A stretch of DNA of 64,000 nucleotides from Octopus vulgaris (GCA_951406725.2 OX597814.1:20956001-21020000); one strand, 5' to 3'. Shown: positions 51,001 through 64,000, counted from the stretch's first letter. Translations and numbers: made by a program. The notes: a model not told the origin generated them from the sequence alone.

Positions 51001-54000
51001 CATAGAAAAAAGAAATTTTTCTTGTTTTACCAATGGCTCTTCAGTACAAACTTGCTGCAGCGTCTCTGGTACAACCATTAGCAAGTTGCACAAAGCATGT
51101 AATTTATCGAATAACTGATTGATGAGAGGGATCTTGAATTCTTTGACAGCTTTTCTATATTCATTGACATCACAGATAACCAACATTCCACCTGAAACAG
51201 AATCAAACACAAAAATCAATCATTCATATATTACATAGAAAATCAACACTGATTAATCTAAGGAAATAACATCTAATTTATATCTAGATACTCCTATGTT
51301 CATGGCTTAAATACCTTTGATCAAATATCTACTTGTTCAGGGTTGACCAAGGGGCTTAACAATAACATCAGCATATTGACTTTTGTAGCAGAAAGTTTCC
51401 CCACAAGTCCTAAAAGAAGTCCTCTTCTTCCTTAATTTTACTATTTTTATATCAACATATAATTAGTTACATCAATATTATTTATCATCACTTTACACTC
51501 TGTAAAGTGGTTGGTGATAGGAAAGGCATCCAGCTGTGGCAATCCTGTCAAAGCAGACATTAGAGCCTGATACAATTCTCTGGCTTACCAGCTCCTGTTG
51601 AACTGTCTAACCCATACAGTATGTAAAACAGACATTAATTGAACTGATGATGCTAAAAGTTTCAATTCATTCTTCACCACAATACCTTATTTTGTCAATA
51701 GTGCAAGCAAATGTTTAGGCTTACTCTGTTATATTCCTTGTTGCTGTTCAGCAGCATTCTTTCTCTCACAGACATTACTCCCACTTCTGACACTCTCCCA
51801 TCACCCTGTCTCCTTCCTATCACATTCTCTTCTACCCCACTGAATTTAAGGGTGAATTCAAACTTACCTAAGGAGTTGTATTGAAACTGCTGGAAATGTT
51901 CAAATATTAGACGATGGAATCGCGTACCAAGTTCAGTGAGGACGACATCAACATTTTTACCATCTAAACTTAGCCGGATATTTTCAATCTGACTGTGTAG
52001 GAAAATTACAGTCCTTGCACATGCCTACAAAAGGAAAAGAAAAGTAATCAGATAAAATATTAACACTTGGAAAGTATTAGTCATCACTTTTATAAATTAT
52101 GTGCATGTGTGTGAGTGTGTATGTGTTTTTATATATATATGTAAATGGCTTGTTCTAAAGATTCTTAAGATAACAAAGGGTAGAGGTATGGGAGTTAATC
52201 TCCAGCATAATTCTCTATGTTTCCCACTCTGTTCTGGTTATCAATGTCTAAAGTAAAACCAAACTATTGACATCTTTTGAAGTCACACTAGCCCCTTATA
52301 GGACTGGTGGTGATGATTTGAACAGTCTTGGTCCAGGGGATCTAGGGATCAGGGCCAAATGCTCAGAAGAGAATGAACTCTCCTAAAGGCATCCAAGGAA
52401 CACTGGGTTAAACTGAGTGGCACATTTAATTTACAAACCAGGAGAAAGTATGGCTTTTCCAAAGGGTTTCCACACAACTTTTGCTACCAAATTTTACTCA
52501 AAGACTTATTTTTACTGAGGTTTGTCAAAAGTGCTGCTCAATTGGCTGAAATCCAGACTACATGGTTTAAAAATGAACTTAAATACACAGCTTTGCCTGC
52601 ACCTATACTGATAGGTGCACATGTATTTGAGGTGGAATGCTCAAATAAAATGCAGTATGTACATACAAAGCACAATATTAACTTGGTAATAAAATACTTG
52701 ATCTAATACTTTACAGTGTCAAACATAATATAATACAATTCAGAGAGCATCTCAAAGATGATGAAAATATGTATAGACTATCACCATAAGTATCTCTCTC
52801 TTAATCTTCAACAACCATCAGAGAGATAGAGATAGATAGATAGAGATAGATAGATAGAGAGAGAGAGGGAGAGAGAGAGAGAGAGAGAGAAAAACGTTTT
52901 TGTCATTTGTAAGCAGTTACCTCAGAACGCATTTGCATATTTGCTTCCAAGTCTGGTTTGAAATCAGATTTCTTCTGTTCTGCTACAAGTATATGGCGAA
53001 TAGCTCCAATAATTGCAGAGATTGATCTAGAAAAGAAATATCAAAGATTAAATCACACACACACACACACGTTGTTGTGTCGGGTATGAAGCATTTAACT
53101 ACATTGTTCAGTGATGTAATTCAGCAGAGTATGTGTTGTGTGAGCTGTGTTGTCTATTAGGAAGTTTACTGTATAGGATATGCATGCAGAAAATGTGCTA
53201 TGTGAGTTTTGCTACTGAATTGAAACTGCCCAACAAGGCTAAGCCCATCATACATCTTTGTGTGTGTGTGTGTCTTTGTCTTGATATTGCATCATAACAG
53301 TTGTAAATGAGTGTCACTAACATACAAGTGGTATTGATTATTTCTAATCTTCCCTGAAAACATATTAAGCCACAGGGAAATATCTTCTTTGAAATCTAGT
53401 GAGGTTAGGGCAACAGGAAGGCACCCAGAAAATCTGTTTCAATGAATTTCATTTAACTCATGCAAGCATGGAAAAGTGAAATTAAAATGATGACGATGAT
53501 GATGAATGATTTTTATAAGATCATATCATTGCTATTATGTTAAACTGTTGTATGTCCAAATTTGGCCAAATGCATTTGTTTCAATATTTAATTTCGCTAG
53601 CACCATTTGAGTGTGGTTGTTGTCAGTGCTGCCTGACTGGCACCCGTGCCGGTGGCACGTAAAAAGCACTGTTTGAGCGTGGTCATTACCAGTACCGCCT
53701 GACTGGCCATCATACCGGTGGGATGTAAAAAGCACCCAGTACACTCTCGGAGTGGTTGGCATTAGGAAGGGCATCCAGCTGTAGAAACTTTGCCAGATCA
53801 GATTGGAACCTGGTGCAGCCTTCTGGCTTGCCAGCCCTCAATCAAATCATCCAATCCATGCCAGCATGGAAAGAGGATGTTAAACGATGATGATGATGAT
53901 GCAATAGCCAGTTCTTTTGCTCAAACTATCATACCTCTAGCTGCTTCAGATGTCAAGATATGAAAATTGTCAAAGTGTAGTACAATGGTTTAGCATTTTT

Positions 54001-56690
54001 CAAAAGTGTAGTAAGTCCCACATACAACAGTTTTGCAAAAGTATTTCTGATTGAAAGTATCATACATGCATGGAGTTATGACTTATGCACCCAACAAAAT
54101 ATTATTGTTAGGCTGAAACTGTTGCTAATGTAAAAAGAAAATGGAATGGTAAAACTATTTTTATGTTTTCTGAAAAAGTAACATTTTGGACTTACAACAC
54201 TTTTGCATAATAGCAACGATATATATTTACACAGCAGTAATTTTTGTCACATTATTAGTACTATAAAGTGTATTTACCTGTCTAAACCAAGATCAATTTT
54301 AGTTTCTAGCTGATCACGAAGTTCCCTTTTCCTTTGTAAACAAGTACTATGCTTAGGTGAAGAGCTGTAAAATATTAACAAATTCTTATATTAGTAAAAG
54401 ACATGAATTTTCAGAAAAATACTCATAGTCTTTTGAATTTACTATACAGAAAAATTATACACATGAGACCAGCAATTTTGAGGGGAGTCTGTGCTTTGTC
54501 AATATACTCAACCCCAGTATTTGAGTGGTACTTATTTCATTGAATGAGAAGGGATGAAAGATAAAGCTGACTTCAATGGGATTTGAATACAGAATATAAA
54601 ATATTTTGTCTGTTATAACAGTTCTGCTACTCCATAAACCAGCTGAGACCCAGAGAAGAATTAAAAGATAAACTTGACCCTCATAAGATTTGAGTACAAA
54701 TAGTAGTTCAATCTGTTAGCAATGACCATATTTACTTATGTACAAGTCACCCTGTTTTATACTTGATATTAAATGAAAAAAGCTGGGATATGACTTATAC
54801 ATGGGGCAAAGCTAAACCTATGAATTGAAAAATTTTTTATCAAGATTTAACACTAAATTAGAAGTGTGACTTATACACAAGTAAATATGGTAGCCTTGCA
54901 CTTAATTACTTTAATTGATCCACTGCCTCAATAATAGCAATACTGCTCTGCAGGATACAAATGAAAGGGTGGAAACTTGTAGGGAAGGCTATACTGAATT
55001 GGAATCTAGAACACTTTTATCTTTAATCTTTTACTTGTTTCAGTTATTGGACTGTGGCTATGCTGGTACACTACCTTGAAAAGTTTTAGTTAAACTGACC
55101 CACAGTAAAGTCTGGTGCATATTATATCGGTCTCTTTTGTCAAACCACTAAGTTACAGGGATGCCAGGTGATGATAGGGAAACAAACATAGACGCAAAAA
55201 CACTCACACATCAATATATAGGATGAACTTCTACACGGTCTCCATCTATGAAATTTATTCAAAAGTCGTTGGTTTGCCCTGGGCTATAGAAGAAATCACT
55301 TTGCAAAGTGAGTTTCTTAACCACACAGCCATGTCTGTGCCTACTTTTATTGTTTTATCAACTCAGAAGTGATGCAAAGCAAAGTGAGATGATCTGCTAT
55401 AATTGTTAACTCAGGTATACTGTTAATGTAATAACAGGCTCTATGTGGTTGCATATTAAGCAACTGCATAGAATTGCCCTTATTATCCATTTACTGTTAC
55501 CAGAGATACTGTGTAGTTGCAGATCAGCTTTGACAGACCAAACCTATGGAAAATGGGTAGTTGACTAGTCAGAGCAATCTACAAATATACTATGCATCTC
55601 TTTAGTTGACAATCATGCTTCATATTCTAATATGTAGTGGTTGAATGCAAGACAGTCTCAGCAATAAGCCATTAGATTCTGCTTGTGAGTACATGGCATG
55701 GTGTACTCGGTCAGAACACAGCAGTAACTGTTCTATCATTTAGTTATGACTAAAGGGAAATCATACTGATAAATGGGCAAAAAAGTTATAGCTTTTTTAT
55801 ATGTTAATTTAATTAAACAAAATATAGCCAAATATTTTAAAACTAATACTTAAAAAAATATGAGAAGTCACTTAATGAACCTGGATATTATTTGTAAAAT
55901 ACAATAAAATACAATTCATAAGAAAGGTTCAGTTATATTTGATTAATACTTACAGAACCAATGGTACTAAACTGTCCATAAATTGCTTTTCAAAAAGATG
56001 GAAAAGAGTGTTTGCTTGACCAGTGACATCGAAGAAATATATTTCAGGAAGGGTCCTTGCATCAGCCAATGGAATAGCTGTAATAGAAAATTATCAAGGA
56101 ACGCATGTACTCTTGCTGTGCACCTATAGCATCTCTAGGTTAAGGATTTTGATTAAATGAAAGTATTTAATGAAGGTGGTGTGATGCCAATAAGAATATG
56201 ACTGTTACTTTGAATAGTTCAGGAAATAATAATCTTACTGATTACTAATGATTAATAATGTTACTAGAGCATATTTAGTGCTGTTGGTACAAATGGCAGA
56301 AAAAAATGTAACATTCTGTAATTCACTGATCTATTAGAACAATAAGGTAAAAAAAAACAAAAAAACTTCTGAAGCTTTTGATCCTAGACTAATTTACAGG
56401 CAAAACTTGAAATGTTTCAGAGGAAAGTAAATAGGAAGTAGCAATGTTCATGATTTCATCTAAGACACTGGAAAGTTTTTGGATAAGTTATAATCTTTGC
56501 AAGCCATCACAGGTTGATGATATTAATATGGTTGATATGCAGCATGAACAGTCGCAGTATACATATAAATAACAAATAAAAGACAGAAGATGGAATATAT
56601 GAGAATAAATTATTAATCACAACAATGGTTTTGACACATCCAGCATCAACTCCTCTTGTGGGACACACAAAAACCAGTACAGGAGCATCT

Positions 56691-56732
<42 letters not shown>

Positions 56733-59421
56733 AATTCCACACAGTTTCCATCTACCAAGTTTGCTCACAAGATATTGGTTGGCTTGGTGCAATATTAGAT
56801 GATGACACCTGCTCAAGGTGCTGCACAGTGGAACTGAACCTGAAAACATCTGGTTGCAAAGTAAGCTTCTTTACTACACAGCCAAACCCTGTGTTTATGA
56901 CAACATACAAGTCAAAGAATGGAAGGACAGACAGACTGATAAATAACAGGCATAAATGAAAAAATTTATAAAGAAAGAAAGAGTGAGGAACACCAAAAGA
57001 AATATATTAATTCATTAACTATCTCATCATCATCATCTTCGTTGTTTAACATCTGTGACAATGATGATGATGATGATGAGACAGTTAATGAATTATCTAC
57101 ATTCACAAATTTAAACTTAGCATCTGACCATCTTAGATACTAAATATATTTTTTCAAGGAGATTAGAAAAATGTTGGTTTTTTTGTTGTATGATTCCTCA
57201 TGCTTTCTTTCTTTATTATTTTCTGTAACTAAAATGCTTAGCGGTATTTCATCTGTCTTTACATTCTGAGTTCAAATTCCGCCGAGGCCGACTTTGCCTT
57301 TCATCCTTTCAGGGTCAATAAATTAAGTACCAGTTGTGTACTGGGGTAAATCTAATCAACTGTCCCCCTCCTCCTCCTAAATTTCGGGCCTTGTGCCTAG
57401 AGTAGAAAAGATTATTTTCTGTATCTACCTGTCTTAATAAATGAAGGTGTAACAAAGTTTCTGGAATTATATAATGTAAACGATTTTACTACTGATGAGT
57501 TTTTAGAATTTATTGCATGGAATCTGTTTGTGCTATGATTTCTTGTTAAGTGAAATTCCTTTAAAATTTCTTATAGGTGAAATTTCTTTAAAACATTACC
57601 TTGTAGACCTAATTCAACTGCATAATCTATATGTTCCATTACAAGATATTGGATGAGTGTTTCTAGAATTTTGACAGCATTTGAAGGTAGGTCTGACGAA
57701 CTGGAAATCTGAAAGTAAATATATCAACATAATGAAACATAAGCATATTCCCTTACTCACATGCACACATAAATAAACAACAAAACAATATGCAAAAATA
57801 ACATTTTAAAGAGAAAAACTGACTTTTGGAGTATGAGCAGACAAGGGGCCAACACTTACATATCTTTAAATACTACCAATTTTGGAATAATGCAATAAAG
57901 AAACCTTTATGCATTACTAGACCTGCAATGACAATATCTTGTTGAAAGGTATTTGATTCTTTCATAGATATGCTTAAGTGACTACATAGAAACTGGTTTA
58001 CTAGCTGAAACTTTTAGCATTCATAATAGGAGTTAAGTATGATGATATTATTCATGAACAAATAATGAAACAAATAAAAGCAGCGTTTCCTGAGTGATGA
58101 AGTGGTTGTGTTCTTTGTAATAATTTATTAAGCAACGCAGTCAGATATATCAGTGAACGAATGACATTGATTGAACACATGGTAGTTAATTTGAATGCTA
58201 AAGAGCCAGACATACGTTTTCTGTTAAGGTCGATAGATATGCAACAGTGGATAGTGCCTTGTACGCAGTATAATACCTCTGGCAAGATTTTGATATCTGA
58301 ACTTTAGAGCAAGCATGTTATGGTACTTCAACCAGTCAGTTAGTAGGTTGCAATGAGATTTTAAAAAGAAATATAGTTTCAGGCATGGCTTTTCAGTAAA
58401 AAGTTTACTTCCCAACCACATGGTTTCGGGTTCAATTCCATTGCATGGTACTTTCGGCAAGTGGCTTCAATTGTAGCCTAAGGCCAACTAAAGCCTTGTA
58501 AGTGGATTTGGTAGACACAACTAAAAGAAGTCCATCATGTGTGTATGTATCGTTGTGTCTGTTTGTCCCTCACCACCACTTGACAGCTGGTGTCAGTGGG
58601 TTTATGTCACTGTAGCCAAGATGTTTAGCAAAAGAGATCAACAGAATTAATAGTAAGGCTTCAAAAAAGGAATAAGTACTGAAGTTGATTTGTTTGACTA
58701 AAATTCTTCAAGGCAGTGCCCCTGCATGGTTGCAATCTAATGAATGAAACAATCATCATCATCATCATCGTTTAACATCCACTTTCCATGCTAGCATGGG
58801 TTGGACAAACAATGTGTGACGCTTACAGCACCTAGGTTTCTCAAGAGGTCACCCATCTAAGTACTAATTAGGCTCGACGTTGCTTAACTTAGGTGATCGG
58901 ATGAGAACCGGTGCTTTCAATGTGGTAAAAGATAAATCAAAATAAATTAATGTAAAAATGTACTTACAACTTTGCAGCGCTTAAAAGCTAACTTCGTTTC
59001 CTGTAAAATATTCATTGCTAATTCTTGCGAGAGAAATATTTCACCTCCGTAATTTTCAATGGTTGGCCCAATATTGATATTTACAGTATTAATCACAGCC
59101 TGAAATTCTCTCCGGAAGCTAGAAGGAAAAAATAGAGCAACATCACAATTGATGCTAAAAATGTATTTACTACAAAACAAATGTCTTTATTTTCAGGCAA
59201 ACACAAAGAAAAAAAAAGAAAGAAAGAAAGAAAGAAATCTGGCTGTTAACCACAGCTTTCCTGAGTATATTTTGTTTCTGTGGAGGGAGGGAGTGAGTGA
59301 GTCAGTGTGTATATTTGAAGGGGCAGGCAGGGCAGTGTAGTTTAAGCAGCTCAAAGTGTTTGCTACACTATCCTAGAGTCAATCAATGCCTTTGATAGAT
59401 GGAAACTTTACAAGCCATTTC

Positions 59422-59453
<32 letters not shown>

Positions 59454-61370
59454 CATGTGTTTGTTAGGTGTGAATCTTTACATTCTGTGCTCTGCATGGA
59501 AAAGTGCTGAGTTACAGTTGACGTTTTCTGAAAGTTTGTTGTTAACAACAAATCATCTGGTGTCTCTACTTTCAAAGAAGCGTGAGAGCTCTGTTACTTG
59601 AAAAACAGGAATAAGTTAGTGACAAGGAAGGAAGGGCATTTGGCCTTAAAACAATACCTCCATAATATGTATTTGTGTAACCCATGCTAACATAGAAGAA
59701 TGGCTGTAAATATATATACATCGTTATCATATAGTGTCTACTTTTTCATGCTTGTGTGAGCTAGATGGAATTTGAGGCTGATGCCACAAAAGCATCCAGT
59801 CCACACTGTAAAGTGGTTGGCATTTGGAAGGGCATCCAACTGTAAACACCTTGCCAAAACTGACCTTCCTTGTGCTTGTGCCACGTAAAAAGCACAGAGT
59901 TCACTCTGCGGGGCAGTGGGTGTTAGGAAGGGCATCCAACCATAAAAACCCTGCCAAAACAAACACAAAAGTCTGGTGTAGGCTCCTGTCAAACTGTCCA
60001 ACCCTGCTAACATGGAAAGCAGACATTAAATGATGATGATGATAAAGCCCTTCCTGTCACCACGCTTCATCTATTCCCATGCAAAGTAATATCTTCTCAT
60101 ATTTTGTTGGCCTGAAGCTATAGCTGAAGACACTTGCCCAAGGTGTCATACAATGGAGTTGAACTCAAAACCATTGGTTAGGAAGTAAATTTCTTACTGC
60201 AAAGCCATGCCAACAACTATATTTCTTTTTAAAATTTCATTGCAACCTACTGATTGAGTGGTTGAAGTACCACAACATGCTTGATTCAGACTTCAGCAGT
60301 GACCAATGAGTGATAAAAATGATGATGTTTTGGGAATCCTCTCCAGAACATAAGGATGTTTCTATAAGAATGGTAACTGCTCACACATCTGGGAGGGAGT
60401 ATTTTCACATTTATGCTCTTTCTGTGCATAATAAGCAAGAAAAAGATGAATGCCAATTGAGGGCTCCAAATGCTAACAGTGTTAATCTCAGTTTCTTACT
60501 TCTCTTTTAGTCTTTGAGGAATTGAAAAGGCAATGATCACTTCTCTTCCCCTCGGACTATCTAATAAACAAAAGCACAAGTAGTGAGGAGTTGGGTTAAA
60601 TGCCTTGTGACATTTAGTTACATTCCTTTGTTTAGTTCAAATCATACCAAGGCTGACCTTACCTTTCATCCTTGTGGGGACCAACAAATAAGTATCAGTT
60701 AATTACTGGATTTCATTTGACTGTCCCCTCTCCCAAAACTTCTTGCTTTGTACCAGTGTTAGAAATCAATGGAAAGAAAGCTGCACATTCTATACAAGAA
60801 CAAATGTAAACTTAGATAAAAACCCGTGACAATTGATGGAAAACTTACCCACCAGACTGAATTTTCTTTTTTTGATGGTTTTTACTATTATAATATCTTT
60901 GCAATAATAATGAACAGCGTTCATGCAGAAATTTAATTTCATGGCTGAAATAAAAAATAAAAATCATTACATCAATTTGACCTTGTGTACTGTAAAGTTA
61001 TATCTATGTTTCAATATTTAGTTTAAACAATTATCTAAGAACTGAGGAAAATGCTGGAAATGGTGAAACAGATCTCAGGATGTATGAACCCAATGATATA
61101 ATGATGCAGGATTTTAAAAATAATTTTCATAACCTAATTACAAGAGAAAGGGGTGAGCTTATGATCTTTCCAGGGTCTTTGAAAATGGTGAGAAGGGAGG
61201 TAGAAGTTGTACTTAAAGCAGAGAGCTGGCCTCAAATGCTTGCGACAGAGAAGAATCCATGACCAGGAAGTGGTGTTAAACTGAATAATGGATTAACTCA
61301 AAGGATATGTTCTGTTGCAGACCCAACCAACCCATATCCCCAACTATGATTAGCATATCATCTAATTCAA

Positions 61371-61414
<44 letters not shown>

Positions 61415-63093
61415 ATAATAATAATAATAATAATACCCTGATGCAGTACCAGACAGTGGCTCTCGTGGGTCCTGATCTTAACTGATTGGAAGTATTATCA
61501 TGTACATTGTTTTGTCTTGGTATAAAAGATGGGCTACAGCAAATATTCTGCTCAATACCACAGATTTGCTTGTCAGTTGTTTGACCTTAACCAGTTGAGC
61601 ATGTCCCTTAGTGGTTGACGATATGTGCATCTCTGATCACGAGCAGAAGTAGTGGGGGAGCATCATAGCCATGTGTTGAGAGGAATTCTTTGGGGTTTGA
61701 ATAATTCACCTCTGGAAAGATGGGTGTTTTGTTCAACATCCTTAAACAACTTTTATTCAGGGAGCTTTTGAGTGGGATGGGTTACTCAACCAGAAGAAAA
61801 TTCCAACTGGGCCCCACCTGCAAGGACATGTGCTGTTTATCTTGATATGAGATCACCATGTTGCACACATACGGTTGTGATGCATGATCCTAGTGTACTC
61901 TTATCAGGTGGGTAGCCATGATGGGTATACTGGGCTTCGTATATTTTACCCCAGTTTCACTTTGATGGCATGCACTGCTCTCCCACACAATGACAACAAC
62001 AAGAACAATGGTAGGGTAGGATAAATAGAGAGAATTGAATAATAATTCTAAAGCCTTACCTTATATATGCTTCAAGATGTTTGTGAAAAATACTTTTTGT
62101 CTGTTTATTTAGAAAAGAACTGTCATTACTTAATTTGAACTTGGATAGGTCATTTGATAACTTAGCTGTCCTGAAAAATAACAAACAAAAGAATCAGTTT
62201 AATATAGCAAAAATAAGAGTAGTAGAAAAACTGTTTTATTCAGATGCACAGAACTTTTGGTGTAAGATTTGCTTTACAGCAGCTTCCTTATAACTAAGTG
62301 AAAATGATGATGATCACTGGTGGCAACATGTTACAAGAGGACCAAATGTAACTAGTTATCCACTTTGTGTTACATACTAATTATTGCTGGAAGTATCTTT
62401 TTTATAAACAGTACTAACTTTCATTTAAAACTAAAAAGAATGTGTTTTCTATGCTATCAGTGCTTGGTATCAAGAGTTGACCTTTTAAACACTAATTGTA
62501 AATAGATGCCAGACATCCTTGTGATCTGTTGACAGGTAGTTACATATAATTTTATCTTTAACAAGTGGCTTAGTCAATGAAAATGTTATTATTCATATGA
62601 ATTAACTATATTTTTAATGGAGAGAGAGAGAGAGAGCCTTACTGAAAGTAAAGTTAAAAAAGCAAAAATAAATTATAATATAAAATTTGATACAGAATGG
62701 TAGATGCTGTCTAATGTATTGCTGTTGCCCTAAAAAGATTAGCTATATAATTTGTGCCCTGTCAAGTAGCTGGGTTTCTTTTGGGCTTCAATTCAATGTT
62801 TATAATGTAGAATAACATTATTACATTTGTTTTAAAAATAAAGTGTACCAGATCAAATCAAAACAGTGGTTATTATATATACATTCAAAGATAATGAGTG
62901 GAGATGAAATCAATCAAAATAAAGTGTGGATCTAAATATACCAAAAATTAAGCCCAGAAAATTATAATTTTGTTATAATTTGAAGAAAAGAAAGGAAAAA
63001 TAACGAATAAGATTACCTTGTATAAAGATCATATAAATTAGTTAAATACTGCTCAGGATCAGTCTGGATGTCCAACTTTTTAGAAATAGTTTC
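47931..63093 (-). CDS. EXOC5: Exocyst complex component 5 (Sec10), spliced gene: last 11 coding exons, 5' part beyond window end
   Basis: Manual join of 63093-63017, 62170-62060, 60944-60849, 59118-58968, 57708-57600, 56077-55954, 54364-54278, 53026-52921, 52024-51868, 51191-51031, 48017-47931 gives 1266 nt including TAA, phases consistent. Sec10/EXOC5-like segments: EQYLTNLYDLYTR, QRYYNSKNHQK, EQKKSDFKP, LDGKNVDVVLTELG, GGMLVICDVNEYRK, LHALCNLL, FVQLRVDFRS. Confidence 0.96.
50370..50900 (+). mobile_element. RTE-tail element with tandem subrepeats; related copies near 2606-2795(-), 12603-12802(-), 26750-26940(-), 30200-30737(+), 51490-51652(+), 53600-53900(+), 59800-60043(+), 63912-64000(-)
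   Basis: Shared terminus ..GGAAGGGCATCCAGCTGTAGAA..CCAACCCATGCTAGCATGGAAAG..GTTAAATGATGATGAT, matching the 3' end of the RTE LINE at 41279. Confidence 0.8.
51031..51191 (-). CDS. EXOC5: EXOC5 penultimate exon
   Basis: cag|GMLVICDVNEYRKAVKEFKIPLINQLFDKLHALCNLLMVVPETLQQVCTEEPL|gtaaaa. Confidence 0.95.
51868..52024 (-). CDS. EXOC5: EXOC5 exon
   Basis: tag|ACARTVIFLHSQIENIRLSLDGKNVDVVLTELGTRFHRLIFEHFQQFQYNSL|gtaagt. Confidence 0.95.
52921..53026 (-). CDS. EXOC5: EXOC5 exon
   Basis: tag|SISAIIGAIRHILVAEQKKSDFKPDLEANMQMRSE|gtaact. Confidence 0.93.
54278..54364 (-). CDS. EXOC5: EXOC5 exon
   Basis: cag|SSPKHSTCLQRKRELRDQLETKIDLGLD|gtaaat. Confidence 0.92.
55954..56077 (-). CDS. EXOC5: EXOC5 exon
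   Basis: cag|IPLADARTLPEIYFFDVTGQANTLFHLFEKQFMDSLVPLV|gtaagt. Confidence 0.93.
57600..57708 (-). CDS. EXOC5: EXOC5 exon
   Basis: cag|ISSSSDLPSNAVKILETLIQYLVMEHIDYAVELGLQ|gtaatg. Confidence 0.93.
58821..58927 (-). pseudogene. 5'-truncated 5S rRNA-derived copy fused to a retroelement tail
   Basis: Minus strand TACCACATTGAAAGCACCGGTTCTCATCCGATCACCTAAGTTAAGCAACGTCGAGCCTAATTAGTACTTAGATGGGTGACCTCTTGAGAAACCTAGGTGCTGTAAGC has 5S box A and box C-like segments; first ~11 nt absent. Confidence 0.88.
58968..59118 (-). CDS. EXOC5: EXOC5 exon
   Basis: tag|FRREFQAVINTVNINIGPTIENYGGEIFLSQELAMNILQETKLAFKRCKV|gtaagt. Confidence 0.93.
60849..60944 (-). CDS. EXOC5: EXOC5 exon
   Basis: cag|HEIKFLHERCSLLLQRYYNSKNHQKKKIQSG|gtaagt. 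Confidence 0.92.
62060..62170 (-). CDS. EXOC5: EXOC5 exon
   Basis: cag|TAKLSNDLSKFKLSNDSSFLNKQTKSIFHKHLEAYI|gtaagg. Confidence 0.9.
63017..63093 (-). CDS. EXOC5: EXOC5 exon (first visible)
   Basis: cag|ETISKKLDIQTDPEQYLTNLYDLYT|gtaatc. Confidence 0.9.
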
Positions 63094-64000
63094 CTGGGAA
63101 GTTAATAAAAATATAATTGATTAAGAAATTTTGTTTTTGAGTTGTAATTTTTAAAATCTTAAGTGGGTTTTTGAAAAGTTTTTTGATAATAGCCAAGTAC
63201 ATCATCTCTCAATTATTCTAGAATAGCATGAAATATATGATTGATTTCTCTTGAGTAAGTGTGTAGCCAATCCTTTTATGGAGAAGATTAAATTGATTCT
63301 AGTATATTCTCCTACATATTTTATTGTTCCAGAAAGGTTGAATGGTGAAGTAGGATTTCAACTCAATGTGTTGCTGAAGGATAAGGCTAAATTCAGTAAG
63401 GCATTTAGCTAAGTGCTCATAATTTTTCTAACACACTTTCCTGAAAAATCAAATGAATTTCAATCATTGAAATGTAACAACTAGAGGAAATAAATTTTAG
63501 CATAAAACTCATTTCTATTATCAGACCCAGCTGTGGCTATAGGCACAGGCATGGTTATAGCCAATGTTTGTAATGCTGGTTTGATTTTTGGTTGAATCAT
63601 TCTATTTACTTGTCATTTCCAGCTGTAGATAATAACAGCCTGGCTCCAAGAGGCTGTCTTGATCACAATACTCTCTAAAGCTTTTAGTAGTTGACCCTCC
63701 AACTCATTAAAGGGCCAACAGGTGTTTTTTTCACAATTTATTTAATGTTAATGTTAAAAACAGAAGGAAAGATATTAAACAAAGCAGGAATGAAAAATCT
63801 AAATAGGAGCAATTTTTTAAATTGATGTATGTGTGAGAGAATATTTTATTTGACATTCAAGTGTTACCAACATGCATGTGTGCATATGGAGTGTGTGTGT
63901 ATGCGTATATATCATCATCATCATCATCATTATTTAACATCTGATTTCCATGCTGACATGGGTTGAACAGTCTGGACAAGAGCTGGCAAGTCAGAAGACT

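Noticed and set aside
839-63093. U12-type introns in either gene
   Set aside because: None of the donors I read matches RTATCCTT.

Overview
AT-rich, repeat-dense eukaryotic DNA. The microsatellite load and SINE/RTE repertoire suggest a cephalopod, probably Octopus; this is inferred from repeat content, not searched. Two intron-rich genes lie head-to-tail on the minus strand, and I assembled every exon by hand with consistent GT-AG boundaries and phases. (1) The last 11 exons of exocyst component 5 (EXOC5/Sec10; 63093 down to stop at 47931; 421 aa seen). (2) The first 16 coding exons of urocanate hydratase (UROC1; ATG at 35231 down to 839; 538 codons seen), with the 3' end outside the window. 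Introns and the intergenic gap hold tRNA-derived SINEs, RTE, CR1, R4-like and Penelope-like remnants, mariner/Tc1 relics, several MITE types, a non-autonomous Helitron, two 5S rRNA-derived copies and long microsatellites. Most listed ORFs are repeat artefacts. I see no new protein-coding system. The best leads are a 5S rRNA/RTE-tail chimeric retrocopy, an inverted duplication bracketing one EXOC5 exon, two near-identical inverted MITEs carrying a CTCF-like motif, intronic fold-backs, and degenerate minimal hammerhead motifs. Repeat boundaries are approximate unless TIR/TSD positions are given.
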